63,024 bases of DNA from NCBI RefSeq assembly GCF_002571385.2, contig NW_019218199.1, positions 159,395 to 222,418 of the forward strand. Direction: 5' to 3'. Position 1 is the stretch's first letter, and each line of letters starts with the position of its first letter. The DNA comes from Stylophora pistillata (taxonomy: Eukaryota). A program made the translations under genes and the position numbers. This document shows, one piece after another, positions 1 to 14,000 of this stretch. The notes below the pieces were generated by a model. That model was not told the DNA's origin. It did no database searches and saw only the letters and a program-made list of their open reading frames with translations.

Positions 1-127
1 TAGACATCTGACTTGTAGTTAAGGGAAATTATTAAAGATGTATCGTAGTTTTGTTTGAATTGGAGCGGATAAATACGCTTAGTCATCAAGGTGCAGCAAA
101 TAGGTGAGTTTTAAAAGTCATGCTTAC

Positions 128-225
128 CTTTAAATTGCCGCTTACTAGTTCTGACTCCACACCTTTGTTCTGACAGTTTGTCCACGTTTGTCCATGCACT
201 GACATCAAAGAGTTTTGGAGTTCTG
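128..225 (-). CDS. Possible 5' exon of a minus-strand gene running off the left edge of the window
   Basis: Acceptor atttgcag and donor AAG|gtaagc flank an open segment (e.g. MSVHGQTWTNCQNKGVESELVSGNLK). A further GTAAGT donor lies at 960-955. No recognisable homology. Confidence 0.25.
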
Positions 226-710
226 CAAATTGATTTTTTTCGGTTTGTCAAATTACAGATTACCAGAGATTTACTGTATTTAATATGAAACCATGTTTGA
301 ATTTGCATTTGTATTCAGGGATCCACTTGAGCATGTGGACGTCAAATGTCAGAATTCAATTGACTTAGGAAAGATCAAAGTGGTGTATATGTAATTGTAA
401 CTTACATGAGAAAACAAACCAAAGAGGCTTTTTTTAATATTCATTAGTGCGAACTAGCCTCTGTTCTCACGATTCTTGAGCTGTGTTATTTTCAATTGAC
501 ATATTTTCAATTCCTTCGAATAGTTTTATAAATTTAGTCAATGAAGCTAAAACGGTAAAATTTATTAGAGGTACCGATTCAGTCGATGTACATGCGTTAG
601 ACGAGTCGATTTCCGCTCCCCTCGTACACAAGCCTCACTTTTGTTGAACACTCAGATGATTCTTGGTTGAATAGAAAACAATATCCCTCTAAATTTTCTC
701 AAGATTTGAA

Positions 711-956
711 GATATCATTCAAGTACAACAATGATATCATTCAAGTACAACAATGGATGCCATTTATGAGCGGCAAAGGATCTTCCGTAAATTTCTTAGT
801 GCCGAATCCGGAAGGCAGTCAGTAAAGTACAACAATGATATCATTCAAGTACAACAATGATATCATTCAAGCACAACAATGGATGCCATTTAAGAGCGGC
901 AAAGGATCTTCCGTAAATTTCTTAGTGCCGAATCCGGAAGGCAGTCAGTAAAGTAC
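711..956. repeat. Direct tandem duplication (about 126-bp period) containing 22-bp sub-repeats
   Basis: Two near-identical copies of ggatgccattt..gagcggcaaaggatcttccg...cagtaaagtac, each preceded by (gatatcattcaagtacaacaat)x2. Confidence 0.9.
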
Positions 957-3900
957 TTACCGAATCTAAGCAGAGTTGCACCGCTAGGGGCTTCCTTTAA
1001 TTCAGTGACTTTTTATTGAGCGAACGTTGCTTTACGAGGTAACGGGAGTTTATTGGCCTTTCTGATCCACTTGGAATCGTTTGTTCAGTTTATGGAAAAT
1101 GCTGGGCGGATCGTGAAAACAAGATGACGCCGTATTGTGTACTTGAAATCTTAACTAACCATTTTGTTTGAACAAGAAATTACTTGGGGTAGACTGATTA
1201 AACAAAGAAGAGGATGCAAGCAAGATAACAAGATATCGAATTCAAATATGTCGGAATATTTATCTTGCCAAAAAATTATGTACATTCTTCGTGTGAAGAA
1301 AATTTATTTTGTTGAAATGGGGTGGTGAAAGAAAAATTTTCCCAGTGTAAGGCCGTTCATATCATTTTCTTTGTGATCTGCATAACGTCGTCGAGTCATG
1401 GATATCTGGCAGTTTATTGACAGTTAGCACTGAAATAGATGTGTGTCCTGTTTTCTATGATACAGAAACATAGTTTAGGGAGTACCTTGCTAATGACGAA
1501 CACCGATAACTATCTGAAAACTCGACATGACAGTCGTGAGAGGATAGCTGACCAAGTGGTAATCTAAATTTTAAGTCCATGAAATCGAAGCGGAGGCGGG
1601 CAAACCAGCTGATTCTTTTTTTTTTTATTTTTACTTTTTTCACATCGTATTCAAAACGTAATTTTCAGCATTCAAATTTCAGCTAGTCAATCTTTCTATT
1701 CTCGAGGACTCTCAAATTGATCTACCAATCGGAATTTGGGAGAGGGCTTCTTATTTATCGCATCTTAGTAAATATTAGCTGTCAATATGGTGTCAAACGA
1801 AGATTTCACATTTTTACGTAACGATTCATTTGTTTTAATTCTTAAAGCTACAGGGTTGTCTGTTTTTGACAAATGAATTGATTTGCATATGGAGCAAGCA
1901 AACAGTTTAGTACACTCCCATGGCAGCATGCTCTCAAGTCAATCAACGAAGCCGTTGTTATTCCTTTTTATAAAATTCGAGGCCACTCCCACTGAGCTCA
2001 CCTTAAGCTGTAATCGGTGATTTGCACGCCACTCATGATCACCTATAAAAACGCTTGCCTCAGAATACTGGCTATCTCACTCGTAATCAGGAAAGTCACT
2101 AATCTACCAAGCCCTTAGATACGTGTAATATTCATTTGAGTCTCCTAAGAGTAAGTGGGCGGATAAGTTGACGTAATTAAAGACTCCTGTCACGGACGTG
2201 TCTGGAGAAAATTCTAAGCTTTGGCTTAATTTTTTCGTTCGCTTCTCGCTGTTTCTAGCTCTTGTTCGCCAGTAATTCCCCTCTTACCTGCTTTTAAATA
2301 GAATTATTTCAAAAACAAATTCAAAGCGTCGCTAGAAACAAAATGTACTTGTGTGAAAGGCTTAATTTATCGCTGTCCTTCATAGACATATGAGTTAATG
2401 CCAAGTAATGACATTTATTTTATCAGGTGGATGGATCTAAATGTCGTTATGATAAACACCGAAAGTGCAATTAAAGCTGACTGAAGATAGATCAGATAAA
2501 ATTTGGCTTTGAACTCCTTTAACAACCTTTCTAGGCATAGGCACCGTTTAGCTTTGGGAACGCAATTACACTCGTTAAGCAATGCCTATCGATCCGCTAG
2601 TGACAAGGTAAGTGCCAGTGGACAATCTCGTCATACTTCATATGTTTAGTGATAATGACCAGTTATAGTTGTCCCTTTGTCAACCCTGAATCTTACCTTA
2701 AACTTTGTCTCTATAGGCAGCGGCTTAGCGATTTCTTGAAATACATTAAAACGCTACCGAAGCTAATTCTTTTCTGTAGTCAGTGCTTTGAAATGTTTGA
2801 CGAGAGAATCTTATAAGCGTTGAGCTATTTGAATGCACATTTTGATCTTGAAGGGTTTTGACCTATTATTGCTACCAAATGTGAGACAAACAATTTTTTG
2901 GAAAAAACCTAAGAAGGCGCAAATGAGAAAATGAAATGAAGAAGTGAAAAACCAAGGGTACGATTGTTAAATAATGAAGAGGTAGGCTGAGGCTCGATAA
3001 AGAAGGAATTTCCCTACTGTATATTAAGAAACTCTCGGCTTTAAGCAGTTCAAATCTTATGAAACCGAAAAGCAATTAGAACTTGTGGCATTTTCGGCTG
3101 TCAGCGGTACTCCGGCCTATTGAACGATGTTTTAGAAGATTATTTTTGTCAGAGGTTTATTAATTCAATAACCGTTCTCTTTTAAAGCGAAACTAAAATC
3201 GGAAATATTTGCTTTTTTAATTACCTTTTCAAGGGTTAAACTGTCTTAGAGGCCGTATAGCTCGTCTTCAACCCACTGTTGTAGAGTAGTTCGTCCAGTT
3301 GAAAAGTCTGGCTTTGAAACGGCGGGTCGAAAACGATGAACATTCAGTGGTCGTAGTGTAAAACATAAGTTTGACGGCAACATTAGAGGTACATTAAACT
3401 TTGTCAAAATAACTGGCACATAGTATCATGTCAATCACGCCTAAGTAATAGTAATTGGAAATTTGGAGTCTTGCTTTACATAGCCGGCGCCGGCGGAAGC
3501 TTGGGTCGAATCGAAGGGAAAGCCCTTTTGTTCAACTGTGAAAGTTGTTAAGGCAGATGGTCACTTTTAAGAGGTATTCAAACGTCAGTGATAGACCATT
3601 AATTTGTTATCAGAAGTTTTATAGATCAAGCTAGAGCTGATATTTACACTATCAAGACAAAATTGCACTCAGGAAGAACTGAACTTCTCGCTATTACCAT
3701 TTTGATTTTTATCAGTTTAATTTTTGTTATACAAAAGCGAAGGATGTTTACACTTTCTAAATCAAGGTATAATGTTTCGTTGCAATTTTAATTTTCCGAA
3801 ACAATGTTTTTTGTTTCAGACGCTACAAATAGAAAATAAAGAGCGTTTGAAACTGCGCCATTCTTTTTACATTTCGATCTCGTAATATCTCGCACACTTT

Positions 3901-4524
3901 TTCCAAGCCAGATTATGACGGACAGACATTTTTGGTGAACCTGTTTCAGCTATATCGAAATTTCTTTTTATTTTAGTCTGAGTTACAAAGTGTATCTAGG
4001 TTGAATTTACGCGGTAACCTTAATTTTGGATCGCAGTCCTGTTTCTTGTTACTAATCACCTCAGCGAAAGTGGTATGCAAATAAAATAAGGAAATTTCTT
4101 CCTTGCGGTGCAATTATCGTGCAATTTAATCGTCTTATTCAGTGGCTCGCTGCGTTTAAAATTATTGCTGTAAAGATTAAGGTTTTACGTCCCAAATTAA
4201 AAGCTCGCTGATCGAAAGTAATAGCTCTATAAATATAAGAATTATGAGAATTTGTCACTGACGGGTTTCACAGTGAAGGATAACATTTTCTAAGATGGGG
4301 AAACACCTGCTTAAACATTCGTGTTGTCACTTGCTTTTCAAAAAGAAAAAAAGAAAACGTAAAAGTATCACCGACTGTGAACCTGCAGTTGAAAATTTCC
4401 TCTCTTAAAATTGCCACCACCAAATAAATTTCACTATTTCTCACTTTTACCTATTAGTAGAATATTACTGTACTCTGTTATATCTTATTTTCAATGATGC
4501 TAAGAGTAAGTAATTATTGAAAAT

Positions 4525-5331
4525 TCACTTGACAAGACGTATCATTCGAATCAAAGTTCTTCTAAACTGCTGGTTGCGCCATACAATTACGCAAGGATTC
4601 ATCGCCGAACTAGCAAATAAGAGTGAGTAGGTCCACTGCAGTCGATTTTCTTCTCCTTTTCCCATCAAATCGAGTACCACATCAGGCAAAAAGCACACCA
4701 AGGTAGAGCCAACTAAGATAGCGGAGGTTAACGTTGTGGCGTTTTCTCGCTCCATGGTGGCGACTTGTTGATGGTAATTTGCCGTTCTAACCTGTGCCAA
4801 GATCTTTCCTCGTCGTCGCCTCCAGGACACCCACAGGATTCTGATGTAAGTAAAAATTAGAAGAAGTATCATCAAACCATGGATGTAAGAACCAGCAACT
4901 TTTCCTGGTTCCGTTACGAGTGTAACTCCAGCTACTATGGAAAAAACCCACGTCAACCCTATGTACACGAGAAGACTCTTTTGCGACACCAAAAGAAGAT
5001 GATGGAAAGGCCTTGCCAAGGCCTTCATCCTGTGATAAGTTATTGTTGTTAGGTTGAGGAAAACTGCATGGAGGCCAATGAACGCGATAATCTGAAAAGC
5101 TGTCAAATGGCTGGTGCTGGTCTTGTTGCTAAGATAGTAGATGTACATTGGTTGTGCAATCAAACAGTTGACAAGATCTGCGACTGTTAGAGAGACGATC
5201 AGCAAATTCAAGCCCTTTTGAAGCTCTGGGTTTTGATAAATCGTCACGATCAACAAAATGGTCATACAAGTGCCAAAAATACTCAGAACGGCATTGATTA
5301 TACTCAGACAAACAACCTGGGCAAAGGCCAT
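4525..5331 (-). CDS. Orphan rhodopsin-class (class A) GPCR, 268 aa, intronless CDS
   Basis: Seven hydrophobic segments. TM2 SLTVADL..QP; TM3 end ITYHR (DRY equivalent); TM4 W; TM6 CFLP; TM7 SSAMNPC; helix 8 NQQFRR. Confidence 0.93.
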   Translation of the reverse strand: MAFAQVVCLSIINAVLSIFGTCMTILLIVTIYQNPELQKGLNLLIVSLTVADLVNCLIAQPMYIYYLSNKTSTSHLTAFQIIAFIGLHAVFLNLTTITYHRMKALARPFHHLLLVSQKSLLVYIGLTWVFSIVAGVTLVTEPGKVAGSYIHGLMILLLIFTYIRILWVSWRRRRGKILAQVRTANYHQQVATMERENATTLTSAILVGSTLVCFLPDVVLDLMGKGEENRLQWTYSLLFASSAMNPCVIVWRNQQFRRTLIRMIRLVK

Positions 5332-6854
5332 CTGTTAGATTGGATGTACACTCTAAGATCTTTCCAATCTTTTTATGAGATTGCTATTCAGTCTGACGCC
5401 AACTGCTATGTTTTGTAACGTGGCTTAAATCTATTTTATGCCAGTTGTGACAGTTAAGGTTTGTTTTGAGTATTTTTAATAGTGTCGAAGGTTATCCTCT
5501 AATGATGATTACACCAGTTTTAATTTACGTAACTTCGTGATTGGTCTAGAAAATCCGCACAACCCTTGCAACCAATCAGATGCAAAACGTATGCAAACCT
5601 TGATTTTGTCACTTCTTTTTTACGCGTTTGCTTGTTTTGTAGCTCAAACTTCCCCCCCGCACCCCAACCTCCGGCTTCTTGTGATATTTCCCTTTGTAAT
5701 GACGGATTGGATTTCGTCATTATACTGGTCTTTGTCTCACGAAGCTCGATCCAAATTCCCCAATTATGTTTTTTGGAGAATTAGGAGATGATTCTCAGTT
5801 GATCTCCGCATTTGATATTCTTGTGTCAACAGAAGTTTGTTGAGAATCAGCGCGATGCGACAAAACGAAATATTCTCTATTAATTCAAGATCATCTTTCC
5901 AAAGGAAGTCGGCTGACATAATTTCCTATTAGCGAAGTATGATTTACGTATTGCTTTCGTGTTTTGTCAACTTGTGAAGGGCTTTCTTAAATTCGCTATT
6001 ATTTCAAAGTGACTGGTTGAACATTTGATGTGAAGTGTAGAGAGCAATCGATGGCGAAAGTGATGCATCGCGCCGAAACTGCAAGTAAATTAATTTCGTG
6101 CGCTTGGAATGGCCTCGTAAGTTTAAAAGTCTAGGAAGGTGACCAATTTTTTGTGTAAAACAAATCTGCGTGCCAGTGTAGGCGTTGGACTTTTTGTTGG
6201 AAATGCCTCATAACTCTCTGAATTAATGAGATCATAGCTGTCGATCAACGAACTGTTGATCTGGGATGTTAAACGTTGGTCCATAGAGGACGATTTACTA
6301 GTGCATTGAAGCACCATACTCGACGGTCGAATTGCACCATAACTATAGTGAAAATATTGCAGTAATTCAACCCATGGTCTTGTGGGTAATCAGACGATAC
6401 GAATTTCAAGTTGTCGTCCATTTCTCTTCATATCAGAGTTTCTTGTGTTGGTTTTTTTTTTTTGTGGCGCCTATTTTCAAAGAAGAGTACCATACAGACT
6501 GCCTTGTAGAGGTCAGAGACAACATTATGCTATAGTGAACAAAACATGTATATCGACCATCTTGTAGTTTGTTGTCGTTATAATCATGCAGCAGTTGAAT
6601 GCTTTCCGCATGTAAGCGCGCGTGTGTGTTTCCTAGGCCGTGTGTACTTTGGGCTTTGTGGGCTTTACAAATTTTGTATGACTCGTAATTCTCGTTTGTT
6701 CGGTAACTTTTTAGATTTACCATATAGGCCCTCCTTAATATTAGTGCATAAACGTATCTTGATTATTTATCAGAAAAAAGACAAAGACAACATGGTTCTT
6801 GTGGGTCTATGCCTCCTCCAACTTTCATTTTTTTTAACAATTTGGTATTACGTC

Positions 6855-7070
6855 AGGGCTTCCGTTCGTTTTCGGGTGCATTCGACCGACTTCGGGCGTC
6901 TCTGTCCTATTTCGGGCGCGCTCGCCCGACTTCGGGTGCCTCCGATCGTTTTCGGGCAATTTCGCATTATGTCGGACGCCTCCGTCCGTTTTCGGGTGCC
7001 TTCTTTCCTGCTGCAGACGCCTCTTGTCCTATTTCGAGTGTGTTTTCCCGGTTTGGACTCCTCCATCTGA
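6855..7070. repeat. GC-rich degenerate minisatellite (ttcggg/tccg units), probably a repeat-element fragment
   Basis: Recurrent tttcgggtgc / ttcgggcg motifs in an AT-rich background. The overlapping ORFs are by-products. Confidence 0.55.
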
Positions 7071-10000
7071 TTTTATCGTTCTTCGGAAGCTTTCGTTCGA
7101 GTTTGGGCTTTGCGGTCCGAGTTAATGTTTCTTTTTTGTAACATCAACCTTATTTCCAGTTATAGCTTATCACATTCTCGAAACTTTGCAAATTATAAAT
7201 TTACCTTATCGTGTTTTACTGGGAAGGATCACAAAACTGGAACGTGTGATAATATGAAACTTAAACGAAATGAACAAACTTAACGAAAGGTATTAACTGA
7301 GAAATAGTGTTTTACAAATACGTCATTTCAAATTGAAGGGTTCGCTACTAGTTTCCTTTTATTTGGATGCCACACTAGTATCTGGTATCGATTCAGCCTA
7401 TCTAAGAAATTAATCTTTGTTCGATCTCGGGAGCCAAAGATTAATAAAAAACAGACCCATAAGGATTCTAATTAGAATATTCAGCCTTTTTCAATCTTGA
7501 ATACTCGTGTACTGTAACATGTACCCCACGGAACGCTGGAGTTATGTTTTATGATGTAAAACGTGTTTTACGAGTACAAACAAAAAAAATGATAAACATG
7601 TCTACACATTTGAACAAACTTACCAATTGAACTCAGAGGTAAAAATTGTCCAGCATTGAAATGGAGAAAATATAGACTTGAATCGCACAAAAACAAAGTT
7701 TTATTCTCCTTTAAGAAGTAAAAGTTTTGACATAGATATAGAAAATCTAGAAAAATTGAGAAACTCACTAAAAGCAGTAAGCATGACAGAAAAGCCTCGA
7801 GTTCATTTCAATAAAATGCCTTCTTCAATGTTTCTTTAAATTGTCTAGTCGGTTTTATTAACGCCTCTGTTAGGATGCCCCTTTGAATAAATGCTTTCTT
7901 TTGATTCTTTCTTCAGTTTAAGTTCTCAACCGAACCGAAATGAATATCCCCAACAAGTATGTCAAAATATGTCGGAAATGACTGTAATTTCAAAGGTGCT
8001 GTTGAGAAAGAGACCTAAAAAATGTAAGCGTAATAATAAACACAGGTAGTCTAGTCATTTGATCGCTCGTGAAAGTGCTCTTGAATCGTGGCGTTTGGTA
8101 ATTGAAAAAACCTTCTCAGAATCTCTTCTAGAAGAGCCTTTTTATGTTTTTTTTAATTATCTTTTTAAACAAATATCTGCAGTAAATCGATTGAAGTCAT
8201 GGAGTGTCTTGAAGTTAGTGGTACATAGATGTTTGGTTCATTTTTCATAATTTGGTGTATTTAAGAAGTTTCCTTTGAGACTACCCTAAGAATATTTGTT
8301 TTGATTTTGTGTATGGTAAAAATATCGAAACATGAAGTGTTTTTATGAAATTTGACGGGCCATAGGAATAATAGTAATAAAAATAATCATGATAATGGTA
8401 GTAATAATGATGATAATTATTGTTATGATGATGATGATGATGATGATACTAATTGTTATAACTTTATCAAACTTTGAAATATGTACATAATTTGCAGAAA
8501 AATGTGAAGTAAGAATTTAGCCCAAAAGAACATTAAAAATAAGATAAATTATAAAAATACAACCAATATCGATTTCCGAAGTATATTGCTTGTAGTACAG
8601 ATGCGATCAGCGTTTTAAATTTAGTAATAGCAAAGAAAATTATCCGTCTCTGGTATTAAAAGAAAAAATTTAAAAAGAAATAAAATCTCATATTCCTAAA
8701 AAACAACGATTGACAATGATAACAACAATAATGAAAATGATAATGGTAATAATTATAATTGTAATTACAAAAATATGGGGTTAGAGGCTTAAAACAAGAC
8801 GAGCTGATACAAACAATAAGAGTCTAAACAGAAGTAAAACCATTTCATTGTAACTTTAATTTTACAGCGAGGAATGATAATTTACAATGTCTGAAGTGAG
8901 TTGAGCAGAAAATGGAGATAACTGCAATCTAATATATTACAAGTTTACTGAATGAACTAGTGTAGGTCCGGCAGTATTGTAAATTATTGTTTAACCCAAG
9001 AAACAGTGGAGGCGGTTTGAGCTAATGAATAAACACTAAGTGCTTATCGGAAACTGGAACGCTTAAATCAATCGGCTGGAGGCAAATATGATTGTTAACC
9101 ACAACGATCAAGGACAGTATATTTAAAGTTGTTCGGACCCGTCTGTGAAATTGAATGTTTCACGTTTTAGCTTTATTTTAACCTTTAAATTATGTTATGG
9201 TCCCGAAGGAAGAAGTTTCTTTGAAAATTGTTCATATAAGTGCCTTTATACATCCTTAATTTCCATGAAGAGAATGTATGAAATATTCCGCGTTGGACGA
9301 TTAGCTCAGGGAAGTTGCATTCTTAAAAAGCAATACTGTAATAACCTTAACTGGATAACTTGGCGATAAATCAAGTGAATCAGAGAGAAAAAACAAAACT
9401 TTAAAGCCTGGAATATTTCGGCCATAATCAGTTATTTCTTTCATATTCTATCGTATTCAATACTGAAACAGGCCCCGTTCTTTCATTGTGGTTTGAAAAC
9501 AAAAGACTTATACAAAGCCACGGACACAATGTTAACAGTTGAATAACTGATCAGTTGTTTTAAATCGATTACGAAAAGAGTACAAATTTGATGAATTTTA
9601 GAAACAAGAGAAGTTATATTGACGTTTTAAAATCGACTTTCCGCTGATCTTTTATGTTTCTAAACTAGGGTTGATATTTGAATAAATTTTGGCCAGTGCT
9701 GAACATCTATAGGTCGCATCCACTCAAACTGATTGACGGTTTCGCATTTTTAATAATGACGAGGCAGCTGTAACTGTAATTAACAAAGCGAAAACATTGG
9801 AACATTGCACGCTTTTTTTAAAACATACGCCAAACGCGATCCACATTTGGAAATGAGTGAACTGTCTTTTTTTTGTATTAAAAAAAAAACAACAACAAAA
9901 AGAAAAGAACAAAACGGGCAGACAGCGTGTTTCTAAACGTCAGCTTCGTTTTGTCTTCCAATACCTGTCCAAAAAATGTATACTCTTTTAGGCTTGTTCA

Positions 10001-10262
10001 AGACAAAAGTTTTTTAAAACGAAACTCATTCAGTGACTTCTAGTAACCGTAAAAGTCTGCTCTTGCTCTCCCTAAGATTAAGCTGGTAAAGATTAGTCAG
10101 TACTCTTCTATGTTATTCAGCTTCCTAGGTTCAACGCCTTAAAAAAATCTTTCAATCATTGTATGTGTATTCACTATTTTCACTATACACACTCCTCCTC
10201 TCGACTAGAAACCTGTATCATTAACCTCATGGAATTGCGCTTCTTATATATGGTATACCCGT

Positions 10263-11066
10263 TCAGTTCTTGAGGCGAAGCGTTTGAAACAGCGCTCTTC
10301 TAAACTGTTGATTACGCCATATTACTATGCAAGGATTTAGTGCCGAACTAGAAAACAACAGAGTGTAAGTTCCCCTCAACCTGTTTTCTTCCCCTTTCCC
10401 TATAAAATCCAAAAGAACATCGGGCAGGTAGCATGTCAACGTTGTGCCCACCAAAATGGCTGACGTGATTGCAGCGGCGTTCTCTTGTTCCATGGTGGCC
10501 GCCTGTTGGTGGTAATTGGCCGTTCCTGCTTCTTGCGCGATTTTTGCGCGTTTTTGCCTTGAGACCCACAGCATTCTCAAGTAAGTTAAAATCAGAAGAA
10601 GTATCATAACACCATGGGCATATGCACCCGCCACTTCTCCTGGTTCCGTTGCGAAAACAATACCAACTATAATAGAAACGATCCACGTTATCGCTATGAA
10701 TACGAGGATATCCCTTTGCGACACGAGCAAAAGGTGAGATAAAGGTCTCGACAAGGCTTTCATTCTGTGATAAGTGATCGTTATGAGGTTGGAGAAAACC
10801 GCATGGAGACCGATGAAAGCGATTATGTGAAGTGCTGGTAGGTAGCTTGTGTCGTCCTTGTTGCTAAGATAGTACACATACATGGGTTGTGCGATTAAAC
10901 AGTTTAAAAGATCGGCTACTGTTAAGGACACGATCAATAAATTTAAACCTTTTTGTAGCTCGGGGTTCAGTTGAATGGCCCGTACCACCAAAATGTTCAT
11001 CACACATCCAAAAACGCTAAGAAATACATTGATAACGCTCAAAGAAATAACTTCAGCAGATGCCAT
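10263..11066 (-). CDS. Orphan class A GPCR, 267 aa, tandem paralog of 4525-5331
   Basis: ATG at 11066 (MASAEVISL) aligns with MAFAQVVCL. Shares NPELQKGLNLLIVSLTVADL, ITYHRMKAL, TANYHQQ, GKGEENRL and NPC..WRNQQFRR. Confidence 0.93.
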   Translation of the reverse strand: MASAEVISLSVINVFLSVFGCVMNILVVRAIQLNPELQKGLNLLIVSLTVADLLNCLIAQPMYVYYLSNKDDTSYLPALHIIAFIGLHAVFSNLITITYHRMKALSRPLSHLLLVSQRDILVFIAITWIVSIIVGIVFATEPGEVAGAYAHGVMILLLILTYLRMLWVSRQKRAKIAQEAGTANYHQQAATMEQENAAAITSAILVGTTLTCYLPDVLLDFIGKGEENRLRGTYTLLFSSSALNPCIVIWRNQQFRRALFQTLRLKN

Positions 11067-14000
11067 CCGGAAAGCCCTTGCTTGACTCAGCAGCGCCGTC
11101 AATTAAGAAGAGCCCAGGGATCTTTAAACTGAATATGACTTTTGGGAAACAATTGTTTGTTCTTCTTGATGTGAACACGCATGTCATTAAATTACAGATT
11201 TTACATTTGTTTGATTTGCGTGGCGGTGGCTGACATGTATATGTTTTTTGCCAATTATCATTTTTCCCATAATAAAGTTTTTTTCAATGTTCTTGACTCT
11301 TAAGTACACCTCTACGTCTTCAGAACGCTGTTTCCATAGTCAACTTATATATTGAGTTGCTTCCTACGTCTCTTGGCGCAAAGCTGCGGTTAGACTGCGT
11401 TTTGTGTGGGCGATATTTTGCCAGGGTCTTGACATAGTATGTTCAGGTGTTGTAATCTCTGACAGGAATGAGTAATGACACCTGCCCCACTGGCCAATAG
11501 ATTCGACGTATTTGGACCAGTCTTGAAGGGTGAAAATCGAAATGACTGTAAAACAAAAGCAAACTGAACGTCGTGTTTCGTTTTAGACCCTTAGCACTTA
11601 GATAGTCCGAAATGGTTTCAGTAAGAACCAAAAACACACCGCTTCAGTTCCACAGATATTCTCTGCCTTTATTATTGTACTTTCTTAACAATCAGTTCTC
11701 GCAACGTCGCCTATATGCGTAATACCGAGAGGATTCGAAAATTTTGACATTTGGTTGTCCGTCGACCGTAGAAGGTTATCATACTGGTTTAATTCATGAT
11801 TTGGCCTCTCTTTTCTCTTCAACAACACTTAGAATCTCTTAATATAGTTGATGATGATTTAAGATCTGATCGGAATAAAAATTAAACCATCTTCATTAAT
11901 TAAAATCACTCTGTTGGCCGTGAATATTTTTAGTACTTCGAGAATTCTCACGACGCCTTTTAAGATGAGGAATATCGAGCCGGTGAAAAACTGAAATCTA
12001 TATCAAAGAAATTGACTTCTTTTTTCGTGTGTTTTAGTTGGTCTCGATTTATGTTTCGCAAATCCTGTGAAATCAGTTGAATTTTAGTTAACATGTAAAG
12101 ATGAAAATTGCCATGCATAGTTTAACCGTTCACAATGTAGCTCAGTTTTGCTAAGTAATCGATTGAGCAAAGCTGCATTGATGGAATAACAACATCTGGT
12201 AAAAGATTGTAGAGTAAACTGAAAAGAGTTAGCCAATTATCATTTCAAGTGGGAGGTAATACACTCGTTCGTCAAGTTATGAACTTGTAACTGAAACTGA
12301 CATGGGCAGAAGTGTAGGTCGTAGAGATCATTATAAAATGTCATGCAACGTACCTAAATTACAGGCAGTTCTCAATACGTCACAGGCATTTAAAAGCAGA
12401 TATAAAATCGAAGGAAATAATATCACCGCTCCTTTACAATATTCACTTTTACATTGTCTTACCACAGATGCTTTAAACAATAATACAGCAGGCTTTAAAT
12501 CTTATGGGATAAAGACACGATCAATTGGAAAGCTGAAAAAATGGTAGCTAGCTCGGCTTAGTGTTTGCTATTTATTGGTGGTTACAAAAACTATGCGATT
12601 TTTGGACTGAACAACATTAAAACTTTTACAGCAGAAGCAATGCAGGACATTTTGGAAGACTAATCATAATGCCTTAAATGTTCATGTATTACTCACGAGA
12701 GTAGGCACGCCTGTAAAGAAAAAAAATGACCTTAGTGAAATCTATAATAAAAAAAAGAAATAATAATAACCGCTCTTAACCCACTGTTTCCTTAGATCAT
12801 CGTTAATTTTGATAGATGGCAGAATTGGGAATAGATGAATGAATGAGTGAATGGATTTATGAACGCTGCGGTGATGCTACGCCAGGGATATCAATTAAAA
12901 AAATATCATATTTATTTAGGATACTTAAAGGTGTTCCTATTGGAAAAGATGAAGGGTAAACATGGTAGAATAATGATACGATATGAGTAGAGTCAAAGGA
13001 TAAAATATGACATATCTTTCACGAGAAGTTTACTAGTCATTAAGAAATATTTTCGAAGACGGAACGCGATGTGGCTACGTGATTAAAACTCTCTGAAGGA
13101 CAATATTGTACCTCAGGTACTCTGAGGGGTAGACTGCTTTACAGCCTGCCTACGTAAGAACGAGAGGGTGAAGTGGGAAAAGAACTGATTGCGAAATGTG
13201 ATCGCTGTTACGAGGAATTTATCTGGCTGTCACTATCAGTGATTCGGCAGAAGACACTACAAGACTGAATTGATAATTTATGAAACATGCTTCAGAGATC
13301 AAAATTTTTTTTTATCGCCGCCGTGAAAAGGTATTCATAGAAATGTACTGCTTGCTGCGGTTTGAAATCTTAAGAAACTAGCATCTTTAATTTCAAACAG
13401 ATCTCTTGGAGATGGAAAGGAGTGGGGTAAGAATTTTCTACAAAGCAGAGAGTGGGCCAGGTTGCTGAGCAAGGTTCAAACTGGCGGCTTCTGCTGTCAA
13501 ATTTTCAGTGCATTCCAAGACAATTTTGTTAAGTTTGGGTTACCCTGTAGAAACTAAATTGTCAGTTAATGCCATAGTTTCCGCATCTACTTCTTGACGG
13601 CGAAGAAAGAAATTATGTTTTCTTGCTAGAGCATGCATCTCTTACGAAAAAACAGTCCGGCTCAGAAACAGACTGCAGAGGTCAGCCCAATGCAAACTCT
13701 GGCAACTCTACTCTTCTATTAAATTATAAATGCGTTGTATTTACACCAAGCATTTTGAAATAATAGGGAATAAATTTATTTCGTCCGTTTACAAAAACCG
13801 CTCAGCACAGGTTAGCTTAGGCTGAAGCAGCACAAAAACATATTTTCGTATTTAAATAAGGTATGTTAAAGATATTACAATTGTGATCAAGTTTGCAGCT
13901 CTGTGTTTACAGTAAGTTCTTTATATTAATCAATTTAGCGACAAGTATACAATCGCAGTTACCTTAAAGTAGTCAAGAGTTTATAAATAATTTTCCGTTG

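Noticed and set aside
3005-3014. NF-kB-like sites (also about 32474-32483) and IRF-like GAAAC repeats at about 39930-39975
   Set aside because: Short motifs expected by chance and not positioned at the inferred promoters.
6546-7141. 174-aa and 110-aa ORFs
   Set aside because: Open frames caused by a GC-rich degenerate repeat; no domain signal.
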